From: Eledone cirrhosa
Lineage: Eukaryota
DNA: 64,000 bases
Assembly: GCA_964016885.1 (NCBI GenBank)
Contig: OZ024747.1
Location: 66,278,001 to 66,342,000, forward strand
Reading direction: 5' to 3'
Part shown: in pieces, positions 1-14,093 of the stretch
Layout of the letters: every line of letters starts with the position of its first letter
Position numbering within the stretch: the first letter of the stretch is position 1
Translations under genes and position numbers: made by a program
The notes under the pieces: model-generated
The model's database searches: none
What the model saw: only the letters and a program-made list of their open reading frames with translations
Told to the model about the DNA's origin: nothing

Positions 1-190
1 AATCGATACATTATATTCGATTTCGTCACATAGGGTGGGTCAATTTGAAATTTTTTTTTCCGATGTCTTCGCTAGGGCTCAATGTACAAGTATAGCAATT
101 TCGGTGCAATTCCGTGAGAGATTCTAAGAGGAGATGTGTGCCAAAAATCGATAGACAGACAGACAACCACAGTTTTATATATATAGATGA
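1..190 (-). mobile_element. Helitron/Helentron-like non-autonomous element end (partial)
   Basis: (GACA)n followed by ...gttttatatatatagat, read as a 5'-TCTATA end on the minus strand; same layout as 7290-7400. Confidence 0.35.
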
Positions 191-476
191 GAAATGCTGA
201 TATCACATTATATATATGGTATTATACATAATAGCCTATGTAATATCTATTATAAAATAGATATCAGTGTGAGATATAACAATGTCAGTGATATGTAAGC
301 TCAATTAAGATGATGCATATTTCTTGAACTAATTATATTCTTGCAGATGCTAGTTTCTATAAATACTGGAGCATATGGATAATTAAACAGCTTGAGTTAG
401 ACCCCTCATATTCACTCGCCCCTTCTATCTCTCCCATCCTCCCTTCCTCTCCCTTTCTTTCTTTCGTTCTTTCTTT

Positions 477-524
<48 letters not shown>

Positions 525-1789
525 CTCTCTCGATCTCTCTCTCGATCTCTCTCTCTCTCTCTCTCGATCTCTCTCTCTTGTTGGGCTTCTGGCTAAATCA
601 GAAACCATTATCATTATTATTATCGCTTTTAGTCAGGTTAATCGTTAAGTGAAGATCAGAAATACATCATATTCTTTTGGCAATATTTGGCATTCAAAAT
701 TTCGATTCCTCGTGGCAAATTCAAATCGGGTATATATATACTCTCTTTCTCTCTCTCTAAGTCTTTATGACAGTAAGTAAAACACTTTACCCATTAAGCC
801 ACGCACCATCACTATATTATACGTTGCATCTTAATTTGAAAAGGACAAGCAGAACGTTATTTAATAAAAGATCTCAATACATTATAAATGTAGAGTAAAT
901 ATTCCTTTATTTGATTATTTTTAGATTAATATTTTGACAGCAATAGTGTGATTTGTAATTATTGTTTATTATAATTTTGTTGTCATCAAAACTTCCGATC
1001 AACCGATCTGTACACAATACTGTGTCTACTCTATATCGATTATTTTTATCCACCAAATAGAGTGAGTATTGAGTCAGAAGAGGAATATTTAAGTTAATTC
1101 TTAATTCTTAATAGCTATCCATACTTCAGCGAGAAGACTATCAACAATGACAAATATATTGGACATGTCAGAAGAAGTATCGTGTATCTGATTGATGGTT
1201 CATTCATACACGGAACGAATGACTGAAAAACATCGTAATTGGATATTATGCTATTGATGATGGCATAATTAATTATCTTCCATCTGCACCACATAACTTA
1301 TGAAATTGACACACAGATTGATTGGGGGGGGGGGGGGGGGGCTAATTAATTTTTTGAAGAGTAATTTTAATTCTATTTCATATTTTAAATTATTTTATAT
1401 TTAAGATTATTCCACAAAACCTAAAATTATTCTATAAAAAGTCATGCAACGTTATAAATGAATATTCACGCCGTTGGCTCTTTCTGAATATATCAAATTC
1501 TGAAAATAAATTCTCGACTGGACAAACATGCTTGGGAAAAACAGCAGTCTGGTCTGTGTTTGGAGATGCGAGACAATTTTTGACACAAAGTTCCAGTCAC
1601 AATTTGTCTGCATCAATATTGCACAGTCCTAAATTACCTATAGATCAGTATTAGACATTTTTACATATACAAAAGCAGTTTAGTAGATTTTAAGCGAAGG
1701 GAAATTTGCATAATTAAAACTAAAAGGAGCGAAGAAAAATATTTTCAGTTGTCCTAGGAATAGTTGTCCAGCAGTCAGTTGTCAGTGTG

Positions 1790-2031
1790 TTGGTATGGTA
1801 TAAGGTGTGTATGTGTGTGTGTGTGTTGGTTTGGTCTGGTATAGGGGGTGTGTGTGTATGTTGGTTTTGTCTGGTGTAGGAGGTGTGTGTGTATTGGTTT
1901 GGTATGGTATAGGAGATGGGTGTATGTTGGTTTGGTCTGGTATAGGGTGTGTATGTGTTTGTGTTGGTTTTGTCTGGTATAGGCGGTGCATGTGTTGCTC
2001 ACCTATACCAGACCAAACCAACATACACACA
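1790..2031. repeat. ~38-bp degenerate minisatellite with an inverted terminal unit
   Basis: About five tgtgtatgttggtttggtctggtatagg-like units, then the reverse-complement unit cctataccagaccaaaccaacatacacaca at ~2002-2031. Confidence 0.8.
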
Positions 2032-2366
2032 CAACCTAAATATCAAATAATCACAAAAATTGCACAAAATTTCTCAAAATCTCGCATAACCTTACAAAAG
2101 TTCCCGTAATCTTTAATAATTTTACCAAATCTCACAAAATTGGACAAAATCTCTCAAAATCTCACGAAATCTCACAAAATCTCACGAAAACTCACAAAAT
2201 ATTGTATAACATCATATCTCACGTTAACTTACAAATCTCCCGTTATCAATTCTTCCGTGTACAATTTCTCATAGTCTCGCGTAATCTCTCATAATTTAAC
2301 ATTATCTTATGTAATCCCTCATAATCTCACACAATCTCGTGTAATGTATCATTTATCTTTATTCAG

Positions 2367-2587
2367 GGCACAGAATCTCAGAAATTCCACAACAACGCCA
2401 CTGAAGTGATATTAATATATTGTGTAGACGCCACCTTGCCCAGTTTCCAACAGTTGATCTACTGTATTTACCAATTCATTATAATGTTTCTGGCTCCCAC
2501 CTTAATTTTGGCTATCTGTTACTCAAAGGTCATATATGTATTGTGGGTTAGCACCAAACAACTAGCCCAGATGACCTTCACAGAAAG
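2367..2587 (+). CDS. Class A (rhodopsin-like) neuropeptide-type GPCR, internal exon (ECL2-TM5-start of ICL3)
   Basis: Acceptor tttattcag|GGC, donor AG|gtcagt; encodes GTESQKFHNNATEVILIYC...YQFIIMFLAPTLILAICYSKVIYVLW (TM5 P/Y pattern); ends phase 2, matching the exon at 48602. Confidence 0.88.
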
Positions 2588-2589
2588 GT

Positions 2590-3365
2590 CAGTGACATTT
2601 ACATTATTTTTGTTATTACTGTTGCTATTACTAATGTTCTTGTTGCTGTTATTGCTGGTGTTACAGTTGTTGTTGTCACTGATGTTGTTGTTCTCGTTGT
2701 TGTTACTGCTGTTGTTAACGTTGTTGTTACTGATATGGTCTTACTATTGTCGTTGTTGTTGTTGTTACTGCTGTTGGTGTTGTTGGTGTTGTTGTTATTG
2801 ATGTTATGACTACTGGTGTTACTGTTGTTGTTACTGCTGTTGTTATTGATGTTACTGCTACTGTTGTTGTTGCTGCTACTGTTGTTGTTGTTGTTACTGT
2901 TGTTGTTGTTGTTGTTGTTACTGCTGTTGGTGGTGTTGTTACTGCTGTTGTTATTGATGTTACTGCTACTGGTGTTACTGTTGCTGCTACTGTTGTTGTT
3001 GTTGTTGTTGTTGTTGTGGTTGTTGCTGTTACTGTTGTTGTTACTGCTGTTGGTGTTGTTGTTGTTGTTGTTACTGCTGTTGGTGTTGTTGTTACTGCTG
3101 TTGTTGTTATCGTTGTTGTTACTGTTGTTATCGTTGTTGTTATTGTTGTTACTGTTGTTACTGATGTTGTTGCTATTGTTGTTGTTGTTGCTGTTGTTGT
3201 CGTTGTTTTTGTTACTGCTGCTGGCATTGCTGCTGTTCTTATTGTTGCTGTCATTGTTATTGTTGTTATTACTGTTATTGTTGTTATTGATATCGTTGTC
3301 GTTGCTACTGATGTTATTTTGTTATTGTCACTGCTGCTGTGTTATTGTTACTGTTGTTGTTATTG
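2590..3365. repeat. Degenerate (GTT/GCT/ACT)n trinucleotide tract
   Basis: Low-complexity tract directly after the splice donor; explains the poly-V/L/T ORFs. Confidence 0.9.
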
Positions 3366-3959
3366 TCACGGGGTTTTATCAACCCCGAATGGATTGAAGA
3401 AAAACAGCTAAATTGTACACAAATCACGCTCTTCTGTCTATACAAAATAGGGGAATCATTTGAGGTGTTCCAGCTCCGTCGTTTCCAACGACTGGTGTTC
3501 TAGTTGTTTCAACAATGACACAGACTTTTGTGAAATTGACGTGCTTGAGTAATTCACAGAACACGCAACCATAGCATTGTTCTCGGGGAGATTCGGTGTG
3601 ACATAATGTGTGACAAGGCTGGCGATTTGAAATGACGGTACAATTCATTTTTGCCAGCCGAGTGGATTGAAGCAACATGAAATAAGTATCATGATCACGG
3701 ACACCAGGTGCCCCACGGCAGTCGATCTCACGACGTTATGATCGTGAGCCCATCACTCTAACCAAAACACCACGCTCTTACATATTTGACAATACAGTAA
3801 TTCTTTTCAATAAAATTGGAATAGATGACTGCTGGTTTCTTCGGTGAATGCTCTAGTTGTCTAATCAATGGAACAGACTGATCGTGAAATTATGGTGTAA
3901 ATGGGTAAAAATCGCACAAACACGTTTACCCTTAATGCAATTCTCAGGTGCAATATGTC

Positions 3960-4310
3960 CGAACACGGAAGAGCCAAACTCCTACCGTCATCGCCCGCAT
4001 CTCTCTCGCCCTCCCTCATCACTCTGTATAGTGAGAAAATGGGGTCCCACGTGCTGGCCGCCCCACAGCCCCGGCGGACAGAAGGGAGAAGGCGTTTCCC
4101 CGGAGGATAGTAAGGGAGATGAAATGGAAGAGCCTTGCCATTACGCGAGGCTCACACATGCAGCTGGCCAGCTCAGCGCCTATGGTGGTGAGTAGGGAGG
4201 TAGCCCTAGGGCCAAGGACACCAGAAGTCTCCACTGCCAAGGACACGACCGCAAACCTGTCGGAGAGCGACCGATACTTGGAGAGTTTGCCCTCCTCAGC
4301 CCGAAGTGCA
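3960..4310 (-). mobile_element. CRE-clade non-LTR retrotransposon 3' fragment (restriction-like endonuclease C-terminus)
   Basis: Minus frame ALRAEEGKLSKYRSL..FAVVSLAVETSGVLGPRA..LFHFISLTILRGNA fits the AExxKxxKY..AVETxG..QRGNA pattern; stop at 4019; GC-rich island. Confidence 0.7.
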
Positions 4311-4766
4311 ACAGAACTTGGGTTTGATATTTGCCTAAGATGTCACAAAGTGGGATCGAGTCCAGGACTTGATATTTGCAATGTGAACAACTTAAGCATT
4401 CAGCCATGCTGCGATCATAAAATTAAAAATAAATTATGTTCACCTATAAATAGTTAACTCAGGTCACATATGTATCCGATATTTAATATACAGATAAGTT
4501 TTGATTAGAAATACCAACTTCCCAACAGCAACTCTTAGTCAAACATTACAATATTACAAGCTCAAATATTACATTACAGAAGTACTCACACCAAAAGAAT
4601 CAAATATATTAGAACTAAAAGATAATTTGTAGATTTAACGAAATTTCCATTTCTAAGCTCTGATGAAACATTCTGCGAAAATATCGAAATGGTGCTGAGG
4701 CATAGTTAGTTGAGGAAACAAAAACCTTTACATGTTCACACACACACATATACATATAAAGGTTTT

Positions 4767-4873
<107 letters not shown>

Positions 4874-5834
4874 GTAATAATAATAAAATGAAGACTAAAA
4901 TCCAAAGAGGGCTCGATAAGGAAAATATATATCAAATATATAAGAACCGTAGAGCAAATATTTATTAAAATAACAGATTAAAGTTTAAGCAAAGAATCGC
5001 TGCTTTCACCCTTAACGGGATCTTCTGAAACTAACAAAGTCAATCTGTAAACGCAGAACTGGATATTTCAAAAACCGTTGCAACCGGAGGAAGACAGGAA
5101 GACGATACTTTGGTTCGTGGAAACGTTCGCTGGCAAAGAACGGGGGAAAACGAATAATACGTCATTAATAGGAGCGGTGAAAAACAATTACGCGCAAAGA
5201 CAGAACCACGTATATGGTATAAAAGAGGTCGTAGACTAATGTTCTCTTAGGTGGTTCATAGAGACGTTCTCTGGCAATGAACGAAAAAACGAAGATAATA
5301 AGTCATATGTGGAGCGTGGAGAACAATAGCACGCAAAGACAAAACCTCGTAAATGGTATAGCAGAAGTTGTAGACTAAAATTCTAATTAGGAGAGCAAAT
5401 GAATCTCCGCTACAGAGTTAAGAACAAAGTAAATAAATATAATACAGAAGTAATAGAGACAAATAAGTACATACACGCAAACAGATACGTACATACACAA
5501 GCATACGCAAAACCTTACCATAGGTATACAAAACCACGCACATATAAATATGTGTGTGTATGTACGCTTGTGTACAAATAAATAAATAATTATATAAATG
5601 TATATAAGTAAATAAATACGTATATAACAAGCGCACACACATACCTACAAATAAATACACGAATGTTCGGAGACGTAAGTCAACTAAAACAAGAAGTACA
5701 CATATACACACACCCACCATACGTACGAACCTGCATACTCACGCAGACGCAAAACTCCCGTATACACATAGCCAAACCCTAAATACCAGAATATGTAAAA
5801 ATTATACGCCATAACAGTCAAATATATATATATT

Positions 5835-5893
<59 letters not shown>

Positions 5894-6347
5894 ACGCCTA
5901 CATACAGAGAGAGACTGTGTTGACATAAATGCCAGTTTAAGATAAAAACAAACATTACCAAAGAATCCAGCAAATTAATATCTTGTGTATAAGTATTCTG
6001 AAAAAGGAAACTTAATCAATTTAGTCCGCTGTGACCTAATCGAATTATTTATCTGTCCTGTCTAGATCATTTCATATTTGTGTGTTTGCTTAATGTAAGA
6101 CTTCTGGTACAAGATAGAGATAATATTTTCTAAGGGAGAGAAGTGGGCATTGGAACTGGATTTAAAATTAGGTTATGGTGAAACCTAACTAATGACTGCA
6201 AGGCATTTTCTTTCGTTGCTTTCGCGTTTCTGCTGTTAGAGTTGTTGTTTACTTAAAGCTCTTAAATTTAACAACATAATTATTCAAAGATGTATACATA
6301 TATTCATATATACATACATATAGATATATTTGTACTTTTATATTATA

Positions 6348-6845
6348 CTAGCAGAATGGCCCGGCGTTGCTCGGGATTTGCTCTAGGGTTCTTATATATT
6401 TGATATATATTTATCCTTCTCGAGCCTCGTGAAGTAAATACGTTTGTTTATATTTTGTTATTGTGTATGCAAAAATATCTGTACACGAATATATAAATAA
6501 CAGTACAGAGAAGTACGGAATACCTCGGCCTCGGGTTGGTGTCTACATCTTGTGCTTATAAAAAAATTTCGTCGTACATTACCAGGGTTTTTTTCCGTTC
6601 GAAGAAAATCAATACTTTATCGCGAAATAAATACTTTTGTTTATATGTGTATGCAAAAATATCTGTACACAAATATATAATTATATATATATATATATAT
6701 ATATATTAAAATAACAGATAAAAGTTTAAGCAATGAATCGCTGCTTTCACCCTTAAGGGGATCTTCTGAAACTAAAATAATAAATCTGTGAACGCAGAAG
6801 TAAATATTTCGAAAAACGTTACACACTATATATATATACACACAC

Positions 6846-6880
<35 letters not shown>

Positions 6881-7400
6881 CGCGTCATAATGACGTAATG
6901 CAGACAGCCAAGCATACAGACAGATATTATAAGGCCGCAACCAAGGGGCGGTGAATTGGCAGTATCGGTAGAGGGTCGGACGCCATGCTTTGACGCATAG
7001 AGTTACGGCCCTTGCCATTCTGAGTTCAAATCCCGCCGAGGTTAACTTTGCCTTTCATCCTTACGGAGTCGATAAAATAAAGTACCAGTAATGTACTGGG
7101 TAATTTGCTGGCCTTGTGCCAATAGTAGAAACAATTATAAGGGCGCAACGTAATATCTATGTATCTATCTAAAAAGAGAAAGACATAGAATTATAGAGAT
7201 GGATCGCTAAATCGCCTAATGCGGTCCCTAGGGCATTGAAAATTTGAAATTTCTTTTGCTCAAAACACTCACGGGACCATAAGTATTACATGTGTAAAGT
7301 TTGAAAACAATCGGTTGGGTGGTTCTCGAGTTTTAGTGATTGGACAGACAGGCAGACAGACAGACAGACAGACAGACATTCTCTGTTTTAGTAATATAGA
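6348..7400 (-). mobile_element. Helitron-like non-autonomous element with nested insertions
   Basis: Minus 3' end cccgagcaacgccggg hairpin + CTAG|T at 6348; 5' TCTATA end with (GACA)n at 7400; joining the two ends is inference. Confidence 0.5.
6942..7133 (+). mobile_element. tRNA-head SINE (Meta-like core) with 16-bp TSD
   Basis: A-box-like tggcagtatcgg, B-box gagttcaaatccc, core gcctttcatccttacggagtcgataaa; flanked by attataagg(c/g)cgcaac. Confidence 0.85.
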
Positions 7401-7559
7401 TTATATTATATTATATTATATTATATTATATTATATTATATTATATATATGGTATGGACTCGTAACTCCTGGGGAGGCACCATAGTAACATACGGCGTTT
7501 CTATGGTATTTTTTAAAAACCAGCGGAGCCCATCTCCTCTCCAGGCCTGGATACAGGAG

Positions 7560-7705
7560 ATTTCTTCCAGAAAAGGATAAAAAAGTGAGAGATTGCAAGT
7601 GAAAAAGAGATATAGAGGAAGAATCGACCCCAGTACTTGACTAGTACTTTTTTATCGACCATAAATGGATGAAAGGCAAAGTTAACCTCGGTGGGATTTG
7701 AACTT
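7560..7705 (-). mobile_element. SINE fragment, same core family
   Basis: Reverse complement of B-box and core (ttatcgacc..ggatgaaaggcaaagttaacctcggtgggatttgaact). Confidence 0.7.
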
Positions 7706-7771
7706 TGTTATAGTTATATCTACGTTCAAATTTATGTATTTGATAGTCCCACCTGCTTATTTACACATCCA

Positions 7772-7844
<73 letters not shown>

Positions 7845-8017
7845 ATGTAAAAGATGCTTTCGGAAGTCGTCAGAGTTCGTTTATCTCAATAGTTTAGAGC
7901 GCTCAGACGGAATTTGCGAAATACGAGATTCGATACTTTGTAGCTGCTGCTATTATTTATAGCCACCAACTGTAGTTGCAGTTATTTTCTCCGTTTAGAT
8001 CTTCTACATTTCCTAAG

Positions 8018-8152
<135 letters not shown>

Positions 8153-9719
8153 GCACGCACGCACGCACGCACGCACACACACACGCACACACGCGCGCAC
8201 GCACACACATTTAAACATTTTAATGAAACAACAGTAATAGATAAAGAATTTTACAAAATCTACTCAACTGAACAATAATGAGTTGCTAGTTTTTTTCTGT
8301 CAAAGAAGAAAGATTAAAAAATATTTAAAAAAAAAGCCATTAAAGAGAAATTTGTTGAATCATTTCAAATGTGGAGATCAACGTACTTGGAAATTAATAT
8401 ATATAAGATATTTCCATGGCAAAGTATTGTAAAAAGTTCAGCTTAATATTGTTTATCCGAAGCTTGTAAATTACAGAAGATTTAAAAGTTATATAAAACA
8501 CTAAAGATGTTAACTAGCTAAAGTTGAACTTCATTGTTTTGTTCACAAATCAGATAGTTGTTTACAATGTATTGAATAGAATTTCAAATAATTGTTATTC
8601 GTGTGATATTGTTTTAATTTCTGATGAAAATTTAATTTAATTTTCCCATAAGGCAATTAAAATCCTGCAATATTTTTGCAAAATCCAACACATTATATTA
8701 TATTATATTATATTATATTATATTATATTATATTATATTATATTATATTATTATATTATTATTTTATTATATTATATTATATTATTATATTATATTATAT
8801 AAGAAGACATACGTCAAGCAACTTGAGGACGATACTGGATGCACTGCGGAAGAACTGGCAAACGCTATGAGAGACATAGATGGATGGAGGAAACGTGTCG
8901 TAGAAAGCCGAGCAAGCTCGACCTGATGATGATGATGATATTATTATATTATATTATATTATATTATTTTATGTTATGTTATATTATAGTGTATTATGTT
9001 ATGTTATATTATATTTTGTATTCATTGCACTATAATACATGACAAAAAGGTTTCTGTTATCATATCTGTATATAGTGAAGTAGTCAACATTTTGTTGGTG
9101 AGTAATCAAGTTGGCCTTGAAAATACATATACGACCACAAATACCACAAATCCAGCTTGACCTATACACTTCACAAATTGTGTATTTTCGTGCCGTTCAC
9201 TTAAATTTTGTATGACAGATGCTTTCTGCACCATCCCGTGTCCATTTTGTCCATTGGTGGCAAGGAAAAGCATTTCTTTCCCAGTCGTCCTCACATATTT
9301 CAACTGCTTTCAAGGAGACTTTGACACAGTCACAGATAGTGCAGGGAGGCGTTTTGCGCATAATAAGCTCACCAAATAGCATCTGCCTCGGTTCTGATCC
9401 TTCGTAAACAGTCGTTGTTTAACATTTCAGAAAAATGTTCAATCAAGTGGCCTGCAATCTCTGTTGATTTAGTGAATATATCTTCAGAATGCAAAGGTGC
9501 CAATACTGAATTTTCTGTTCCGTAATCCTGCCTTATGAGACGATAACGATTATTGTTACTAGTATCAGCGGCAAATTGAATGTCATGAGAAAGACCGTCT
9601 CATCGGTTGTTCTGTATTTGCTTAGGCGATCGTGGTCCTAGATCTATTAATCTATTAACATTTCCCTACCTTCACAGTTCTATCTTCAAAATAGGAATCT
9701 TATTATTAGTGGCGTATTA

Positions 9720-9939
9720 AGGGCGGTGAATTGGCAGTAACGGTAGAGGGTCGGACGCCATGCTTTGCAACATAGAGTTACGGCCCTTTATGATCTGAGT
9801 TCAAAACCCGCCGAAGTTAACTTTGCCTTTCATCCTTACGGGGTCGATAAAATCAAGCTCCCGTCACGCACTGGGGTCGATTTAATCGGCTTTCCTCTCC
9901 CCCCAAATTGCTGGCCTTGTGCCTATACAAAAAAAAAAC
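9720..9939 (+). mobile_element. tRNA-head SINE with 18-bp TSD
   Basis: Same head and core as 6942; TSD attattag(t/c)ggcgtatta at 9702-9719 and 9940-9957. Confidence 0.85.
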
Positions 9940-10170
9940 ATTATTAGCGGCGTATTATTCCCGTGAATTGCAATATATGCAAAAGATCATGTGACTAATA
10001 GTAAAATAATGGACGGCTGATTAGGAAAATACTCAACGGTAGAAGCCTGATGGTCTTGAAACGTTAAAAACTTGTGGCTCACTCGATATGCAAATTGAGG
10101 CTGCTCAGCCATTAATATGCATAAGGAAAGTATATACTTTCAAACGTTCAATCATCTGACAGGAAGGTAT

Positions 10171-10213
10171 ACGATGCTGACGATAGCTAAGAAGCTTGAA
10201 ACTAGTTCATCGT
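10171..10213 (+). ncRNA. Minimal type I hammerhead ribozyme (family A)
   Basis: acgatg-CTGACGA-t agc taagaa gct t-GAAA-ctag-TT-catcgt; 6-bp stem I, palindromic stem III. Confidence 0.7.
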
Positions 10214-10477
10214 TCTTTTGTCAGTGTTGAACAAAAGGGCAACGATGGTTGCCGAACACTGTACGGCTTAATTCGGGCTGTTTGTTTACAAACAAACCGA
10301 GCATTATAATAAATGTTCGGTAAACCCATACGTACATATATATATATGTGTGCATGTATGTATATATATACATACTACTGTACGTCTGTATACATATATG
10401 TATGTACGTATACATACTTATATTTAAGAATCAGCCGTACTAAGAGTGAGAAATTTCATTTCATTTCATTCTTTTCC

Positions 10478-10557
<80 letters not shown>

Positions 10558-11197
10558 AGATAAATCTACCAAAAGTTTACGGTAGTGTCCAATCCGTATG
10601 AAGAACTCAATGTAATCCGGATATCATGAAAAGAGAAGATGCATTCAAAAACTACTTTCGGTGAAAATAAATATACCCATCAATTAAATTAATTTATATT
10701 CTTTTCATAGATGTATTTTTTTCACTAACATTCTTATCGTAAAACTTTAGTCACCTTAGATATTTGTATTGGCATTACTATTTTATAACAGCAACTGCTT
10801 GTATACCTTTTACTGACCACCTGACCTATTTTCACCCCTAAAATAAGCTTCAATTACTACTATTTTACCATTTGGCCAATTATTAATTTTCTATTGGTTA
10901 ATTCTAAACTTCTTACCAAACAGACAGAATATATTAGATCTTTGTTGGTTTTATTCAATGAACAAATAAAATTATTTCTGAGGTCAGCATAAGACCTATT
11001 TCTTCCCTAAAATAATCCTTCATTCATAATATTCTTTTCCATCCAAAACTGAAATCTACCTTCCTCTACCCATAATTTAAGGTTCTTCTACTACTATATT
11101 ACTACCTTGACCCTCACTATCTCTCTATTGGTCAATTCAAAACCTGTTCCCAAACAGACCTATTGTATTGAATCTTTGTTTTTTCAATAAACAAATA

Positions 11198-11339
11198 TCA
11201 TTATTTCTGAAGACAGCATATATATGTGTAGGTATGTATATTCCCTCTGATAGTTTGTATAAATATTGTACATAGATCTATAGAATATGCATACCAACTC
11301 TAACACATATATATCCTAGAAACGATCGTAAAATGATGA
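11198..11339 (+). ncRNA. Type I hammerhead ribozyme with ~100-nt stem II (family B)
   Basis: tcattattt-CTGAAGA-cagc atatatatgtg...cacatatatat ccta-GAAA-cgatcg-TA-aaatgatga; 9-bp stem I. Confidence 0.68.
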
Positions 11340-11392
11340 ATTTTTTTTAATATAAGGAACTGTTTCTTTGTTTATTCATTATTTTATTAATT

Positions 11393-11534
<142 letters not shown>

Positions 11535-11559
11535 GTGTGTGTGTGTGTGTGTGCGTGCG

Positions 11560-11760
11560 TGTGTGTGTATAATAGTTGAACACTGGAGGGTTATATCCGT
11601 AATAGTAGAGCACTCAGTTCATGGGACGAGTTTGGTAGAAGAAGTTCCACAACAGTTAGTTCACCATAACGAGAACAAATGTTTCACCTTATGCGGATCT
11701 TCATAAGGTGAAACATTTGTTCTCGGTATGGTGAACTAACTGTTGTGGAACTACTTCTAT
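11560..11760. mobile_element. PLE-derived terminal fragment with fold-back inversion
   Basis: ~50-bp inverted arms 11643-11693 / 11702-11752; homologous to the HHR-bearing repeat at 26482-26630. Confidence 0.6.
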
Positions 11761-11785
11761 ATATGTATATATTTAATCTGTTATA

Positions 11786-11837
<52 letters not shown>

Positions 11838-11935
11838 TAACAGATTAAAGTTTAAGCAAAGAATCACTTCGAGCCCTCTTTGGATTTTAATCTTCAAATT
11901 TATTATTATTACTATATATATATATATATATATAT

Positions 11936-12125
11936 ATAACAAAGGAATTGTGGTAAGGAACCAGATGGACCATAACACACCAGAGTACTCAATACTTAGT
12001 GTAGTAGAGTGGGAAATAGGAAAATGTATGACCCCGACGGCAGAGCTCATGCCGTTTCGACGGCTATTTCTGGACTCAAAATACCCGTCGAAACGGCTTG
12101 AGCTCTGCCGTCGGGGTCATACTTT
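11936..12125 (-). mobile_element. PLE 3'-terminal fragment (relative of the 20-25 kb element) with fold-back
   Basis: Homologous to the reverse complement of 25640-25780; inverted arms 12026-12063 / 12085-12122. Confidence 0.7.
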
Positions 12126-12180
<55 letters not shown>

Positions 12181-12653
12181 GCACACACAAACGGTTAATT
12201 AACACTTATTTACATAAAACACAATACATATAGACATATAGCACCTGCATATAATCCGGAATTATTAGATGGGATAGAATCTAACCAGATAGAAATTTGA
12301 AGAACATACGCAGTATCAAATGTTAGACATTAGCATGCATATGACGAAGGACGCAAGCAAAGCAGGGTAAAAGTAGCAAGCTGCAAAAAAAAGTGTGTAT
12401 TTAGGTTGAAGTAAAAGACAGTACAAAGACGGGTGTTGTGTTGGTGTAAATGGTAGCACAGTGGTCCGGATAACCAAAGATGTGGATTCGACTCCCATGT
12501 ACGTCAATACGCATCTTTTTTTTCCATTTCTTCGGGGGTTCTTAACCCCACTATCAGGCTAAATAATTTCTTTAATTTCTTTAGTCAAAATACGGCGATA
12601 GCTAACATTTCTAATAATTTCAAATCCACTCGCTGTTTCGAAAATATTCTTAC

Positions 12654-12694
<41 letters not shown>

Positions 12695-12751
12695 CATATT
12701 TATGCATAATAGCAACAAAACCTCTGCTTCAAGCAAACTACAATACTATAT

Positions 12752-12802
<51 letters not shown>

Positions 12803-13463
12803 GTGTGTGTATCAAATGATAAATAATTTTAGAGAATATTCCAATATAAAACAACTCACACTGAAATATGTTTAGCACAATTGAATAAAAGCATTCCTCA
12901 ACATATACAAAATAAACATAATGCATATAAACATTACAGCCTGAATATAACTGTATTTTCTTGACAGGGAAACTTCTATTATATATCATGTAATAGATTT
13001 ATGTATAAGACATTTATTTCTCTTTTATTAAATTTGACATGGACATATTATAAACCAAATATATATTCAAATATAGCATACGCATTGCGTTCTGTATCAG
13101 GTATTGTTTAACTTTCTTTTAATATAGCTTTATGTATCTCAGAAATTTATACATTATGATATATATAAACACAATTAAAATGAAACTTTGAAAAACCACT
13201 CAGTACATATATATATGTGTGCATGTATGTATATATATATACATACTACTGTACGTCTGTATACATATATGTATGTACGTGTACATACTTATATTTAAGT
13301 AACAGCCGTACTAAGAGTGGGAAATGAAATTTCGTTTCATATTTTCCGTTTATCGTTTTCGGTGCACCCGGCCGATTAACCCACTCGATATACAGATTGG
13401 GCTACTCAGCCGTTAATATGCATAAGGTAAGTATATACGTTCAACAATCTGGCAGGAAGGTAT

Positions 13464-13506
13464 ACGTTGCTGACGATAGCTAATAAGCTTGAAACTAGTA
13501 CAGCGT
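13464..13506 (+). ncRNA. Minimal type I hammerhead ribozyme (family A, second copy)
   Basis: acgttg-CTGACGA-t agc taataa gct t-GAAA-ctag-TA-cagcgt; GUA site; stem I differs from copy 1 but still pairs. Confidence 0.75.
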
Positions 13507-13704
13507 TCCTTTGTCAGTGTTGAACAAACGAGCAACGATGGTTGCTAGACACTACGGCTTAATATGGGATGTTTGTTTACAAACACACCGAGCATTATAA
13601 TAAATGTTCGGTGAATCCATACGTACATATATATATGTGTGCATGTATGTATATATATATACATACTACTGTACGTCTGTATACATATATGTATGTACGT
13701 GTAC

Positions 13705-13813
<109 letters not shown>

Positions 13814-14027
13814 AGTGCGTGCGTGTGTGTGCGTGCGTGCGTGCGTGCGTGCGTGCGTGTGTGTGTGTGTTGAGTAATGAAAATAGAGCAAAAGTCAAAG
13901 ATTCTTAATTAGTTCATTGTTCTATGATCATTACGATTATTTTCGATATATGTAAGGAGGCTGAATAGGCCAGTCGGATATCCCCACCGGGGAAAATTAA
14001 TAAATGAAGATAAAGATAAATTAATAC

Positions 14028-14093
14028 ATCAGAGATAAAGAAATAAAAGTAGAGAGATTATAATCTCTCTACTTTTATTTCTTTATCTCTGAT
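14028..14093. repeat. Perfect 66-bp palindrome
   Basis: atcagagataaagaaataaaagtagagagatta|taatctctctacttttatttctttatctctgat. Confidence 0.9.

Noticed and set aside
2727-3411. Long poly-Thr/Val/Leu ORFs (mucin-like)
   Set aside because: Product of an intronic (GTT)n tract that is open in several frames
4655-4700. ctgatga...cgaaa hammerhead-like motif
   Set aside because: Stem II mismatched and stems I/III not supportable; at most a decayed copy
6945-7040. tRNA gene
   Set aside because: A/B boxes belong to a SINE head with TSDs; no cloverleaf
9100-9600. Possible coding remnant or extra GPCR exon
   Set aside because: Multiple stops and no family motif; the 2587-48602 phases already join without it
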